Part shown: in pieces, positions 1 to 10,939 of the stretch
How positions within the stretch are numbered: the stretch's first letter is position 1
How the letters are laid out: the number at the start of each line of letters is the position of its first letter
Assembly (NCBI GenBank): GCA_934167495.1
Contig: CAKPKP010000006.1
Coordinates: forward strand, 10,789 to 74,788
Length of the DNA stretch: 64,000 nucleotides
Direction of reading: 5' to 3'
Source: an uncultured Clostridia bacterium
GTDB lineage: Bacteria > Bacillota > Clostridia > TANB77 > CAG-508
Notes under the pieces: model-generated
Databases searched by the model: none
Told to the model about the DNA's origin: nothing
Seen by the model: only the letters and a program-made list of their open reading frames with translations
Made by a program: the position numbers and the translations under genes

Positions 1-174
1 GCTATAAAACAAACAGCAGATTTAGAGGTTAAAGAAGTTAATGTTAAAGTTAAAAATATAAATATGAAGCAACCATATAAAATGCTTGCAGAGAAAAGTG
101 AAGTAACAGAAACTGTACCAGAACCTGTAGCAGAAGAAGTAGTAGAAAATAATGGAGGTAGCCAAGATGAATAG
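1..174 (+). CDS. C-terminal fragment of an Asp23/Gls24-like alkaline shock protein; the gene runs off the window start
   Basis: Open frame from nt 1 to TAG at 172-174 (…PEPVAEEVVENNGGSQDE*). The acidic tail is typical and the position upstream of nusB is conserved in Firmicutes. Confidence 0.4.
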   Translation, partial: AIKQTADLEVKEVNVKVKNINMKQPYKMLAEKSEVTETVPEPVAEEVVENNGGSQDE

Positions 175-592
175 AACAGAAATGAGAGAATTGGCTTTTA
201 AATTAATATATGAAACAGAAATTCAAAAAGATATGTCAGAAGAGCAAGTTGAATTATTTGTTACAAATAATAATATTGAAGATGCTAAAATAATAAAATA
301 CTTAAAAGATATAGTAAATGGAATAGAAACTCATAAAGAAGATATTATAAAAAATATATCTGAAAATTTAAAAGAGGATTGGGATATAACTAGAATTTCT
401 AAAATAAACTTAGCTTTATTAAAAATTTCTCTATATGAAATGCTTTATGCAGATGTTCCTTATAAGGTTGCAATAAATGAAGTAATAGAACTTGCAAAGA
501 AATATGCAGATGAACAATCACCAATATTTATTAATGGAGTTTTAGCAAGTGTTGTAAAAAAGAATAATTTAAGTGGTGGTGTAAATAATTAA
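167..592 (+). CDS. nusB: Transcription antitermination factor NusB
   Basis: MNRTEMRELAFKLIYE… is a NusB fold signature. GGAGG lies 8 nt upstream of the ATG at 167; the ORF track begins at 152. Confidence 0.9.
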   Translation: MNRTEMRELAFKLIYETEIQKDMSEEQVELFVTNNNIEDAKIIKYLKDIVNGIETHKEDIIKNISENLKEDWDITRISKINLALLKISLYEMLYADVPYKVAINEVIELAKKYADEQSPIFINGVLASVVKKNNLSGGVNN

Positions 593-1779
593 TGAGACCA
601 GAACCAATATCTGTTAGTGATTTAAATAAATATATGAAAGAAAAAGTAGCATCAGATGAATATTTAAATAGTGTACTAGTTAAAGGAGAAATATCAAATT
701 TTAAACATCATTATACAGGTCATTTATATTTTACTCTTAAAGATGAAAGTTCTCTTATAAAATGTATAATGTTTAAAACATCAACTGCTACTTTAAATTT
801 TGTACCAAAAGATGGAATGAAAGTAATAGTTTTAGGAACAGTTTCAGTTTTTGAAAGAGATGGAGTTTATCAAATTTATTGTAAAGCAATGAAAGAAGAC
901 GGAATGGGAGATTTGTATACTGCATATGAAAAATTAAAAGCCAAACTTGAAAACGAAGGCTTATTTGATGCAAAATACAAAAAGAAGATTCCATTCATGC
1001 CAAAGGTAATAGGTGTTTTAACATCTAATACAGGGTCTGTTATAAAAGATATAATAAATGTTTCTACAAGAAGAAATCCAAATGTATATATAAGATTGTT
1101 ACCAGTTCCAGTTCAAGGAGAAGGAGCTTGTATAAAAATAGCAGATGCAATTAAAATTATGAATGAAAAGAAATTAGCAGATGTAATAATCGTTGCAAGA
1201 GGTGGAGGTTCTTTAGAAGATTTATGGCCGTTTAACGAAGAAGTAGTTGCAAGAGCAATCTTTGATTCAGAAATTCCTATTATTTCAGCAGTAGGACATG
1301 AAACAGATTTTACAATTGCGGATTTCGTAGCAGATTTAAGAGCTCCAACACCTTCAGCTGCAGCAGAGTTAGCTGTTACAGATATAACAGATTTAAAGTA
1401 TACTCTTAATTCATATAATAATAGATTTAAACAAGCTTTGCAAAATAGAACTAAGTTAATGAGATTAAGATATGAAAAATGTATAAATTCCAGAGCTTTT
1501 ACAAATCCAAAACAAAAAATTAATGATAAATATGTATTATTAGATAAAAGTTTAAAAAGAATAGAAAATGCTATAAAAAATAAAATAAAAGATGAAAAAA
1601 TAAAATCAGCAGAATTAATATCAAAATTAGATGCAATGAGCCCATTAAAAACACTAACAAGAGGATATTCTTTAACAGAATGTAATGGTAAGGTTATTAC
1701 TAAGAGCTCTATGTTAGTTAAAGACGACGAGATTTCTATAACATTTCAAGATGGGAAAAAGAAAGCGAGGGTTTTATAA
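592..1779 (+). CDS. xseA: Exodeoxyribonuclease VII large subunit
   Basis: 395 aa with an N-terminal OB-fold region and the tRNA_anti/ExoVII_L pattern (VKGEISNFK…HLYFTLKD). xseB lies two ORFs downstream. Confidence 0.9.
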   Translation: MRPEPISVSDLNKYMKEKVASDEYLNSVLVKGEISNFKHHYTGHLYFTLKDESSLIKCIMFKTSTATLNFVPKDGMKVIVLGTVSVFERDGVYQIYCKAMKEDGMGDLYTAYEKLKAKLENEGLFDAKYKKKIPFMPKVIGVLTSNTGSVIKDIINVSTRRNPNVYIRLLPVPVQGEGACIKIADAIKIMNEKKLADVIIVARGGGSLEDLWPFNEEVVARAIFDSEIPIISAVGHETDFTIADFVADLRAPTPSAAAELAVTDITDLKYTLNSYNNRFKQALQNRTKLMRLRYEKCINSRAFTNPKQKINDKYVLLDKSLKRIENAIKNKIKDEKIKSAELISKLDAMSPLKTLTRGYSLTECNGKVITKSSMLVKDDEISITFQDGKKKARVL

Positions 1780-2288
1780 TGAGAAGATCAACTAAAATAA
1801 TTATAGCTGGATTATGTATATTTGTTGTTGCTTTAACATTATTTTTGATTTTTGATATGCAAAGGCAGTTAAGTAAAAGAACTTCAAATAATCCAATTGA
1901 AGAAAATACTGCTACAAATAGTAATTCCACTTCTAATGTTCAAGCTAACACTACAAACACAGCAAAAAATGAAAATAACACAGTTAACGAAACTGTAACT
2001 AAAAATGAAGTAACTCAAAATGTTGTAGAGCAAAATACAGTAAAAAATAATGATGTGATACAAGAAACTGAAATGAATCAAGTAGTAGAAACAGAAAAAA
2101 ATAATGAAACAGCAATAGATTTAGTAAAGAAAAAATGGGGAGCAGATGATGAATCAGTTTATTATACAAATGAAGGAATAAATGATACTGGAGAATACTT
2201 AGTTGCTGTAAGATCAAAAGAATCTACATTTGCAATTGCAAATTTCAAAGTTAATATGTCTACAAAAGAAGTAGAAATAGATTTATAA
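1779..2288 (+). CDS. Hypothetical membrane-anchored protein with an N/T-rich low-complexity region
   Basis: N-terminal TM helix followed by an Asn/Thr-rich linker. The start overlaps the xseA stop (ATAATGA). Confidence 0.45.
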   Translation: MRRSTKIIIAGLCIFVVALTLFLIFDMQRQLSKRTSNNPIEENTATNSNSTSNVQANTTNTAKNENNTVNETVTKNEVTQNVVEQNTVKNNDVIQETEMNQVVETEKNNETAIDLVKKKWGADDESVYYTNEGINDTGEYLVAVRSKESTFAIANFKVNMSTKEVEIDL

Positions 2289-2303
2289 ATATAGAGGGGA
2301 AAT

Positions 2304-2546
2304 ATGAAAGAAAATTTAGAAGAATATAGTTTTGAAGATTTAATGGAAAAATTAGAAGAAATAGCTTGTGAGCTTGAGAAAGGCGAACTAAACTTAGATG
2401 AATCTGTTAATAAATTTGAAGAAGGAATGGAAGTTTCAAAACAGTGCAGTAAAAGATTAGATGATGCAGAAAAAAGAATTTCTATTTTATTAAAACAAGG
2501 TGAAGAATTAGTTGAAGAAAATTTTTTGCCAGATAATAATGATTAA
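2304..2546 (+). CDS. xseB: Exodeoxyribonuclease VII small subunit
   Basis: 80-aa acidic helical protein (FEDLMEKLEEIACELEKGELNLDESV) immediately after xseA. Confidence 0.85.
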   Translation: MKENLEEYSFEDLMEKLEEIACELEKGELNLDESVNKFEEGMEVSKQCSKRLDDAEKRISILLKQGEELVEENFLPDNND

Positions 2547-2570
2547 GGATTGAAGGGATAAAAGGGATTT

Positions 2571-3011
2571 ATGGATATAGTAGTACAAATATTAGGAAAT
2601 AAGTGTATATATCTACCATTTTGTACATGGTTTTTTATACAACTATTTAAATTTATAACAGATTTTGTAAAAAATAAAAAAATAAACTTTAGAAGATTAT
2701 TAGGAGCTGGAGGAATGCCATCTTCTCATTCTGCTGTTGTATGCTGTTTAGCTATAACAGTAGGAAAAACTATCGGATTTAATTCTCCTGAATTTGCTAT
2801 AGGTACAATATTAGCTTTTATTGTAATGTATGATGCTGCAGGAGTTAGAAGAGCCGCAGGAAAGCAAGCTAGATTATTAAATAAAATAATTGAAACACCA
2901 GGACTTAGCTCAATACAAGTTCAAGAAAGATTAGTTGAAGTTCTAGGACATACACCTGTACAAGTTTTTGTAGGAGCTGTAATAGGTATATTAGTAGGAG
3001 CAGTGTTATAA
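2571..3011 (+). CDS. Divergent PAP2/DUF212 (YuiD-like) membrane protein
   Basis: GGMPSSHSA motif with multi-TM hydrophobic segments. Confidence 0.6.
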   Translation: MDIVVQILGNKCIYLPFCTWFFIQLFKFITDFVKNKKINFRRLLGAGGMPSSHSAVVCCLAITVGKTIGFNSPEFAIGTILAFIVMYDAAGVRRAAGKQARLLNKIIETPGLSSIQVQERLVEVLGHTPVQVFVGAVIGILVGAVL

Positions 3012-3028
3012 ATTTAAAGGAGTAATAT

Positions 3029-4690
3029 ATGGAAGATATTGATATAGCAAGAAAAGCAAATAAAGAGAAAATTAATGTTATAGCAGGCAAAATTAATATT
3101 CCAGATGAATTTGTTGAAAATTATGGTAAGTTCAAGGCTAAAGTTAATGCTAATTTATATAATGAATTAGAAAAAAAAGAAAATGGAAAATTAATTTTAG
3201 TTACCTCTATAAATCCAACACCACTTGGAGAAGGAAAAACAACAGTATCAATAGGGTTAGCAGACAGTCTAAATAAATTAAATAAAAATGCAATATTAGC
3301 TTTAAGAGAACCTTCTTTAGGACCAGTTTTTGGAATAAAAGGAGGTGCAACAGGTGGAGGAATGGCACAAGTTGTTCCTATGGAGGATATAAATTTACAT
3401 TTTACAGGTGATATACATGCAATTACATCTGCTAATAATTTACTTTCTGCGATGATAGATAATCATATATATTATGGAAATGAACTTAAATTTAAAAAAG
3501 TTATATGGAAAAGATGTGTTGATTTAAACGATAGATCTTTAAGAAAAGTAGAAATAGGTTTATCAAATGAAAAAAATATGAAACCAAGAGAAGATTCTTT
3601 TGATATATCTGTTGCTTCTGAAGTTATGGCTATATTATGTTTGTCAAAAGATTTAAAAGATTTAGAAAGAAGAATTGGAAATATAATTGTAGGATATGAT
3701 GAAACAGATAATCCAATAACAGCCAAAATGCTTAAAGCAGAAGGAGCTATGACAGTTCTATTAAAAGATGCCTTTAATCCAAATTTAGTACAAACATTAG
3801 AAAATAACCCAGCCTTTATACATGGTGGACCATTTGCAAATATAGCTCATGGATGTAATAGTATAATAGCAACAAAATTGGCTTTAAAATTAGGAGATTA
3901 TGTTATAACAGAAGCAGGATTTGGTTCAGATTTAGGAGCTGAAAAATTTATAAATGTAAAATGTAGAACAGCTTCAATAAAACCAAATGCAGTTATTTGT
4001 GTAGCAACTATAAAAGCTTTAAAATATCATGGTGGAATGCCAATATCAGAAATAGAAACAGAAAGTACAGATTACTTAAAAAGAGGTATGAAGAATTTAT
4101 TTAAGCACATAGAAAATTTAAAAGATAAATTTGGATTAAATGTAATTGTTGCTATAAATAAATTTAAAACAGATACAGAGGCTGAAATAGAACTTATTAC
4201 TAGTGAACTAAAAAAAGTAGGCGTAGATATAAGTTTAGTTGAAGTATGGGGAAAAGGTAGCCTAGGAGGAATAGATTTAGCTGAAAAAGTAATTGAATTA
4301 TGTGAAAAAGAAAATGAAATGAAATTTACATATGATGTTAATGATTCGATAAAAGAAAAAATACTAAAAGTAGCTAAAAATATATATGGAGCAGCCAATG
4401 TAGAATATTCAGAAGAAGCAAATGAATCAATTAAAATGATTGAAAAAATAGGAAAAGATAGACTTCCTATATGTATTGCAAAAACTCAATATTCTTTTTC
4501 AGATGATGCTAAAAATTTAGAATGTTTAACACCTTTTACAATAAAAATAGACGAAGTAAATCTAAAAAACGGTGCAGAATTTATAGTAGCAAAAGCTGGA
4601 AAAATATTTACAATGCCTGGTTTACCAAGAGTTCCTTCAGCAGAGAAAATAAGATTAGATGAAAATAATCAAATAGTAGGAATTTTTTAA
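3029..4690 (+). CDS. fhs: Formate--tetrahydrofolate ligase
   Basis: 553 aa carrying the TPLGEGKTTVSIGL P-loop and the full-length FTHFS pattern. Confidence 0.95.
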   Translation: MEDIDIARKANKEKINVIAGKINIPDEFVENYGKFKAKVNANLYNELEKKENGKLILVTSINPTPLGEGKTTVSIGLADSLNKLNKNAILALREPSLGPVFGIKGGATGGGMAQVVPMEDINLHFTGDIHAITSANNLLSAMIDNHIYYGNELKFKKVIWKRCVDLNDRSLRKVEIGLSNEKNMKPREDSFDISVASEVMAILCLSKDLKDLERRIGNIIVGYDETDNPITAKMLKAEGAMTVLLKDAFNPNLVQTLENNPAFIHGGPFANIAHGCNSIIATKLALKLGDYVITEAGFGSDLGAEKFINVKCRTASIKPNAVICVATIKALKYHGGMPISEIETESTDYLKRGMKNLFKHIENLKDKFGLNVIVAINKFKTDTEAEIELITSELKKVGVDISLVEVWGKGSLGGIDLAEKVIELCEKENEMKFTYDVNDSIKEKILKVAKNIYGAANVEYSEEANESIKMIEKIGKDRLPICIAKTQYSFSDDAKNLECLTPFTIKIDEVNLKNGAEFIVAKAGKIFTMPGLPRVPSAEKIRLDENNQIVGIF

Positions 4691-4748
4691 ACAAAAAGAA
4701 GACCAAACATAATTTATGTTTGGTCTTCTTTTTGTTTAAAAAATAAAA

Positions 4749-5567
4749 TTAATCTTCAGTTGTTTTTCTTTTTTTGTAGTTTCCAGTTATTAATTTTGGA
4801 ATAGTGTGTAATATTCTATATAAAGCTAATTTCAATTTTCTTCTGAAAGTGAAGAATTTTGAATAAGATTTTGTATCAACAGGTAAAAATTGACCATTAC
4901 TTTCGTCTGCATAAAAAGGTACTAAAACATCTTCTACTAATAAAGAAGTTTTATTTACATGTACAGGATTTTCATTTGGTGTTACTTTTTCTACTTTATG
5001 TTCTTCAAAATAAGAAACAGGTTGTTCTTGAACTGGAGTAGGAGTAACTATTTCTGTATTTAGTATTTCATCAATTATTGCATCTATATTAAAAGATTTT
5101 CTTTCTGTACATTCAGAAGGTGTAGAGATTTCTTCTACATTTTCTTGTTTTGTTTCGTTAGCAATAGGTTCAATTTTGGCTTCTAATATATTTTCTATAT
5201 TATTTACATCATCATTAACGATTGGAGATGTTTCTACTTTTTGTTCTACTTGCTGTTGAATTTCTTCTTGTTTTTCTTCTATAGGCATAGAATAATTTTG
5301 GTAAGAATTATTATCCCAAACATTATTATTGTTTCTAAAACAAAAGTTAAAATCGTTTACTTCTGTTGGAGTAATTTCTACTGAAAAACCAGAGTCTAAT
5401 TTATTCATTTGCAATTCTGTTATATTATCCCAAGATTCGCCATATCCAAATTTAATAAAAACTTCATCTGAACCTTGATTAAATAAATTACCAGAATAAT
5501 TTATAGTAAATGGTTCATTTTTAAATAATCTTTCTGAATTAAAATTAATATCTTTTGTGATTTTCAT
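4749..5567 (-). CDS. Hypothetical protein with a Q/E-rich linker and a basic amphipathic C-terminus
   Basis: GGAGG lies upstream of the internal ATG (MKITKDINF…). No recognisable catalytic motif; the N-terminal beta-rich region may be carbohydrate-binding-like. Confidence 0.45.
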   Translation of the reverse strand: MKITKDINFNSERLFKNEPFTINYSGNLFNQGSDEVFIKFGYGESWDNITELQMNKLDSGFSVEITPTEVNDFNFCFRNNNNVWDNNSYQNYSMPIEEKQEEIQQQVEQKVETSPIVNDDVNNIENILEAKIEPIANETKQENVEEISTPSECTERKSFNIDAIIDEILNTEIVTPTPVQEQPVSYFEEHKVEKVTPNENPVHVNKTSLLVEDVLVPFYADESNGQFLPVDTKSYSKFFTFRRKLKLALYRILHTIPKLITGNYKKRKTTED

Positions 5568-5802
5568 AATTTCCTCCAACCTATAAAATGGATTATGTAG
5601 TAAATAATATAACCCATATTTTAAATATATATAATATTATATTTATATTTAATATTAAAAGCAATTAAAAAACGGTTACATTTTTATTACAAAATATTAC
5701 AAAAATGTAAAATCTTTGTAATACTAAAACAAAAGCTTTTGTATACATATGAAAAAAATGGATAGAATAAAAAATAATTAATAATATGGAGGATTTTATA
5801 AG

Positions 5803-6492
5803 ATGTCTAAAAAGAAAAAAATAATAGTTATTACAATATTATCTATTTTAGCTTTAATGTTCATAGGATATAATTTATTTTTTAATGAAAACAATGAAGC
5901 TGTTGCTTTATCTAGATATGGCTCAAGAGGTTCAGAAGTAAAAACAATACAAACAAAATTAAAAAGATGGGGATATTATAGTGGTTCTGTAGATGGAATA
6001 TATGGTTCTCAAACCGTTGCAGCTGTTAAGAAATTTCAAAAGAAAAATGGACTTACAGTAGACGGAATAGCAGGTACAAAAACATTAGCTGCTATGGGAA
6101 TAAATAGTTCATCAAATAAAAATACATCATCAGCAAGTAATCAAAACGATATAAACTTACTAAGTAAAGTTATATATTCAGAAGCAAGAGGTGAACCTTA
6201 TAAAGGACAAGTTGCTGTAGGAGCTGTTGTATTAAATAGGGTTGCTAGTTCATCATTTCCAAATACTTTAGCAGGGGTTGTTTATCAATCTGGAGCATTT
6301 GATGCTGTAAGTGATGGTCAAATAAATTTAACTCCAGATGAAACAGCAAGAAAAGCAGCACAAGATGCGATAAATGGCTGGGACCCAACATCAGGATGTA
6401 TATATTATTTCAATCCAGCAACTGCAACATCAAAATGGATTTGGTCAAGACCACAAGTAATTACTATAGGAAAACATATATTTTGTAAATAA
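5803..6492 (+). CDS. SleB/CwlJ-family cell-wall hydrolase with a PG_binding_1 domain
   Basis: Signal/TM segment, then a peptidoglycan-binding repeat (GSQTVAAVKKFQKKNGLTVDGIAGTKT), then the hydrolase_2 core (YSEARGEPYKGQVAVGAVVLNRV). Confidence 0.8.
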   Translation: MSKKKKIIVITILSILALMFIGYNLFFNENNEAVALSRYGSRGSEVKTIQTKLKRWGYYSGSVDGIYGSQTVAAVKKFQKKNGLTVDGIAGTKTLAAMGINSSSNKNTSSASNQNDINLLSKVIYSEARGEPYKGQVAVGAVVLNRVASSSFPNTLAGVVYQSGAFDAVSDGQINLTPDETARKAAQDAINGWDPTSGCIYYFNPATATSKWIWSRPQVITIGKHIFCK

Positions 6493-6495
6493 AAA

Positions 6496-7770
6496 TTATT
6501 TCATTTCTATGTAATTAATATCTCTTTTGCTATATTGTTCTGGTTTTAAACCAACATATTTTTTCATATACTCAAGTATAGCAATTAATGATAAAGTACA
6601 AATACAACCAATTAGAATAGAAGCATAGGCGGTTGTTGTTATATCTAAGAAAAATGAACCTAGGAGTGACAATAGTCCGCCAACAAGACCTTCTATTAAT
6701 GAATTTGCAGAAGATATTTTAACTCTCATATCGCTTGTTGCAAAACTACTTAGATACTGAGTTATTAAAGTATAATAAGGACCTTTAGTTATATATTGTA
6801 CTGTAAATGATGCAAGTATAATAATTAGCATTAAAGGATATGGTAAGTCGAGTATAACAACTAAACCAAAAAGAATAGCAGAAAGAGTGGATGGTAGACC
6901 TAAAATTGATAAAGTTCTATTTCTCCACTTTTTATGAAATTTCACAGCTTTATTTGATGAGATTCCTGCAATAATTCCTAATACAGCAAATATTATACCT
7001 AAAAACTCAGAAGGAACATTTATATCGTTTAATAAACTTCTTCTGTATGTAGCAAGTAAAGGGAAAATTCCAGCTAATACAGCATTAAATAAAATTAAGC
7101 CTCTTAATCTTCTTGAATTTAATATGTATTTAAAAGCAGATAATAAATCTTTAAAATATTTTTTAACAGTTATTTTATCATTCTCTTTATCTTCAGTAAT
7201 TTGTTTAGTATCAACGAACATATAAGACATAATTGTAGAAAGAAGAGCAAACACTAAACAAATTATCATTGGAATATATGGACTAATTAAATATAAAAAT
7301 CCACTTGCTATTGATGTTATACTATCTAATACGTAATAAAAAGCTGTACCTCTACCATCTAGTTTTGCAAAAATTTTTCTTCTATTTTCTGTGTTAGGAA
7401 TTGAATCATACAAAATGTTAGATTCGCAATTAGTTTTTATAACATAACCAAGTGATAAAATAATATCAGCTATTATATATACAGGTAATCCAGTACAACC
7501 AATAACTAGAAGAGCATAAATTGCAATACAAGAATTTGCAAATATTAAACTATTTCTTTTACCAAATTTATCTATTAATAGTATGGATGGAATTTGGAAA
7601 ACAGCTTTGAACAATAAATAAAATGAATCTGCAAAAAGAACTTCGGAAGCAGTTAATTTCTTTTCAGAAGTTAAAAATAAAAGGGATATAGCATAGTAAA
7701 ATAGCAAATCCCAAGATATCATTTTATAGAACGGATATAATTTTATATTTTTTTTCATACTTGAATTCAT
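6496..7770 (-). CDS. MFS transporter
   Basis: About 12 predicted TM helices. The start is set at MNSSMKKN, which has a GAGGTGAG SD and a TTGCAA…TATAAT promoter upstream; the ORF track extends to 7839. Confidence 0.75.
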   Translation of the reverse strand: MNSSMKKNIKLYPFYKMISWDLLFYYAISLLFLTSEKKLTASEVLFADSFYLLFKAVFQIPSILLIDKFGKRNSLIFANSCIAIYALLVIGCTGLPVYIIADIILSLGYVIKTNCESNILYDSIPNTENRRKIFAKLDGRGTAFYYVLDSITSIASGFLYLISPYIPMIICLVFALLSTIMSYMFVDTKQITEDKENDKITVKKYFKDLLSAFKYILNSRRLRGLILFNAVLAGIFPLLATYRRSLLNDINVPSEFLGIIFAVLGIIAGISSNKAVKFHKKWRNRTLSILGLPSTLSAILFGLVVILDLPYPLMLIIILASFTVQYITKGPYYTLITQYLSSFATSDMRVKISSANSLIEGLVGGLLSLLGSFFLDITTTAYASILIGCICTLSLIAILEYMKKYVGLKPEQYSKRDINYIEMK

Positions 7771-7879
7771 ATACTCACCTCGAATTTTTATTGTCCAAAT
7801 TATACCATATGGAATTTTATTTGCAAATAAAATTGACAAAAATGTAATATTATTGATAATATAGTAATATGCAAAAATA

Positions 7880-8389
7880 ATGGAGGAGCTTATGAATTTA
7901 TATCCAAAAATATATCATCAAAGTGTAAAAGACATTACAATAAAAGAGTTAAAAGACAATAATATAAAAGGCTTAATTCTAGATGTAGATAATACTTTAA
8001 TAGATTATGATAAAAATATGCCAGATGGAATAAAAGAATGGTTTGAAAATATAAAAAAAGAAAATATAAAAGGAATAATATTATCTAATAGTAATAAAGA
8101 AGAAAAGGTTAAGAATGTAGCTAAAATACTTGGAATAGAATATATAAATTTTGCTATGAAACCATTTAAATCTGGGTTTAAAAGAGCAAAAGAAAAATTA
8201 GAACTAGATGAAGCAAATATTGCTGTTGTTGGAGATCAGATATTTACAGACGTAATAGGTGCAAATAGATGCAAAATGTTTCCTATACTAGTTGAGCCTA
8301 TTAATAAAAAAGATATTATTATTACTAGAATAAAAAGACCTATAGAGAATATGATAATAAAAAAATTTTTACAAAAGAGGGGAAAATAA
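7880..8389 (+). CDS. YqeG-type HAD-IIIA phosphatase
   Basis: LILDVDNTL HAD motif I in a 169-aa protein. Confidence 0.8.
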   Translation: MEELMNLYPKIYHQSVKDITIKELKDNNIKGLILDVDNTLIDYDKNMPDGIKEWFENIKKENIKGIILSNSNKEEKVKNVAKILGIEYINFAMKPFKSGFKRAKEKLELDEANIAVVGDQIFTDVIGANRCKMFPILVEPINKKDIIITRIKRPIENMIIKKFLQKRGK

Positions 8390-8390
8390 A

Positions 8391-9171
8391 ATGATGTACA
8401 TAAATAATACTCATATAATGTATTATGTTTTATTTGGATTATTTGGGTTATTAGTTGGAGAATTTGTAGCATGGGTAAATACAAGATTGCCAGAATATAA
8501 AAAAGTTATAACAAAAGATTTTTTTAAGGAATGGAAAAAAGGAATAAAGTCAAGTTATTTAATGATGTCTATTACAGCAATAACTTACATGGCGTTCTTA
8601 TATAAGTTTGGAATACAAGAAAACTTTTTGAAAAATTTAGAACTTATAAAATTTATGATATTATCACCAATGTTAATATCAGCATTTTTTATAGACTTAA
8701 AATTAAGAATTATACCAAACAGATTAAATCTTACAATTTTTGAAGTTCGGTTTATTCATAATATTTTTATATGGAATAAACAATGTTAATATAGCAAAAG
8801 ACATGATACTAGGTATGCTAGTAGGTGGAGGTGTATTTGTTATAATAACAATACTTGGTGGAATAGTTTCAGGAAAAGAAGCAATGGGATTAGGTGATGT
8901 AAAGCTAATGGGAGCACTAGGAATTTTTTATGGTGTAAACTCTATTTTAGCTTCAACACTAGTTGCTTTTATAATAGGAGCTGTTGCAAGTATTGTAATA
9001 TTATTAGTTAGAAAATTTATACTTAAATCTAATGATGAATACATACCATTTGGACCTTTTTTAGTTATGGGTGCACTTATATGCATATTTGTAGATTCAA
9101 ATGTAGTGTTTGGAACATTTATGAATTTCTGTCAACTTCTAAGTGATAACATAATAATGTTGTTTCAATAA
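8391..9171 (+). pseudogene. A24 prepilin peptidase (PilD/ComC-like) split by a +1 frameshift at nt 8748
   Basis: Two overlapping ORFs, 8391-8789 and 8740-9171. Together they cover the A24 motifs FIDLKLRIIPNR, GLGDVKLMGALG and IPFGPFLVMGAL. Removing C8748 (gaagttCggttt) fuses them into …LTIFEVGLFIIFLYG…. Confidence 0.75.
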
Positions 9172-9189
9172 TGGTTAAAGATAGGAGGA

Positions 9190-10263
9190 ATGCTTGTGAA
9201 TAAAAAAATAAGATGGCTAAGAGATCAATTAAAATCTCAAAATATACAAGGAATGATAGTTGATAATCCTTTAAATGTAAAATATTTAACTGGTATAGAA
9301 GCAGAAGGAACTTTGCTTCTTACAAGTAAAGATAATATTTTCATAACAGATAGTAGATATATAGAAGCGGTTAATTCACATCTTACACTTGACGATGAAA
9401 TAATAGTTTATAATATAAAAGATATAAGTAGATATGATTATGAAAGCTTTTTTTCTCAATATGAAAATATTGGATTTGAAGAGAAATATATTACATATGA
9501 ACAATATAAAAAATACTTAGTAAATTATAAATCTAATAATCTTATTGAAACAGAAGGAATAATAGAAAATCAAAGAATTGTAAAAGAAGAATATGAAGTA
9601 GAAAATATAAGTAAAGCATGTGAAATTACAGACAAATGCTTTACACATATTATAGATTATATAAAAATAGGAATGACAGAAAAAGAAATAGCTTTTGAAA
9701 TGGAAAGTTATATGATAAAAAATGGAGCAGATTCTTTGGCTTTTGAAACAATAGTAGCCTCTGGACCAAACTCATCAATGCCACATGCGGTTCCAACAAA
9801 TAGAAAAATAGAAAAAGGAGATTGCATTTTATTAGATTTTGGGTGCAAGTACAATGGATACTGTTCAGATATGACAAGAACAATTTTTGTTCAAAGTATA
9901 GATGAAGATGTAAAAGAAGCATATGAGTTTATAAGAAAGTTACAAGAAGATATATTAATAGGAGTAAAAGATGGAGGAAACTTAAAAACATTATCAAAGA
10001 TGTTTGAAAATGAACTTAAATTAAGAAATTATCAAATGTTACATGCATTAGGACATGGTGTTGGATTAGAAGTACATGAATTACCATTTTTTACAACAAA
10101 GTACGATATAGGAATTAAAGAGAATATGGTTTTAGCAGTAGAACCAGGCTTATATATACCAGGAAGATATGGTATTAGAATAGAAGATACAGTATTCGTA
10201 GAAAAAAATAATTGTATAAAATTAACTAAATCTGAGAAGAATTATATTATAATACATGGATAA
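9190..10263 (+). CDS. M24-family Xaa-Pro aminopeptidase
   Basis: Creatinase N-domain plus the M24 pita-bread metal ligands (HGVGLEVHE…). Confidence 0.85.
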   Translation: MLVNKKIRWLRDQLKSQNIQGMIVDNPLNVKYLTGIEAEGTLLLTSKDNIFITDSRYIEAVNSHLTLDDEIIVYNIKDISRYDYESFFSQYENIGFEEKYITYEQYKKYLVNYKSNNLIETEGIIENQRIVKEEYEVENISKACEITDKCFTHIIDYIKIGMTEKEIAFEMESYMIKNGADSLAFETIVASGPNSSMPHAVPTNRKIEKGDCILLDFGCKYNGYCSDMTRTIFVQSIDEDVKEAYEFIRKLQEDILIGVKDGGNLKTLSKMFENELKLRNYQMLHALGHGVGLEVHELPFFTTKYDIGIKENMVLAVEPGLYIPGRYGIRIEDTVFVEKNNCIKLTKSEKNYIIIHG

Positions 10264-10356
10264 ATTTATCATAATAGCTTGATTTTATGCATAAAGTATA
10301 GTATTATATTATAGTAATTATAATAAAATAAATAAAAAAGAAGAGGGGTAATAAAA

Positions 10357-10923
10357 ATGGCAGAAGTATACATGGCAGGAGATTTAAGAAATGGAACAAC
10401 TTTTGAATTAGATAATTCAGTATATAAAGTAGTAGAGTTTCAACATGTTAAACCAGGAAAAGGAGCAGCTTTCGTAAGAACAAAATTAAAAAACGTTATA
10501 AATGGATCTGTTTTAGAAAGAACATTTAATCCATCAGAAAAATTACAAGGTGCAGAAATTGAAAAAAGAGATATGCAATACCTATATAATGATGAAGATT
10601 TATATTATTTCATGGATAATGAAACTTTTGAACAAATTCCATTAAACAAAGAACAATTAGGAGATACTTTAAAATACTTAAAAGAAAACATGAATGTAAA
10701 AATATTATCATTCAAAGGAAAAGTATTTGCAGTAGAACCACCTATATTTGTTGAATTAGAAGTTACATATACAGAACCAGGATTTAGTGGAAACACAACA
10801 ACTACATCTGGAAAACCAGCAACATTAGAAAATGGTTATGAAATATCTGTACCATTATTTGTTAATATTGGTGATGTAATAAGAATAGATACTAGAACTG
10901 GTGAATATATGGAAAGAATTTAA
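10357..10923 (+). CDS. efp: Elongation factor P
   Basis: [21 protein letters not shown] is the EF-P KOW region including the modified-Lys loop. Confidence 0.95.
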   Translation: MAEVYMAGDLRNGTTFELDNSVYKVVEFQHVKPGKGAAFVRTKLKNVINGSVLERTFNPSEKLQGAEIEKRDMQYLYNDEDLYYFMDNETFEQIPLNKEQLGDTLKYLKENMNVKILSFKGKVFAVEPPIFVELEVTYTEPGFSGNTTTTSGKPATLENGYEISVPLFVNIGDVIRIDTRTGEYMERI

Positions 10924-10939
10924 TGAAGGGAAAGCTTAA

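Noticed and set aside
5580-5802. Repeated ATTACAAA and TTGTAATAC motifs upstream of the SleB-like gene, as a possible riboswitch
   Set aside because: This is an AT-rich promoter region with no conserved riboswitch core. It is more likely a sporulation-sigma promoter (AC…CATATGA resembles a SigK -10), but the evidence is too weak to call.
8740-8789. Programmed ribosomal frameshifting to explain the split genes
   Set aside because: No slippery heptamer or stimulatory structure is present at any of the five sites. All are the identical +C-before-GG lesion, which points to an error or mutational signature rather than recoding.
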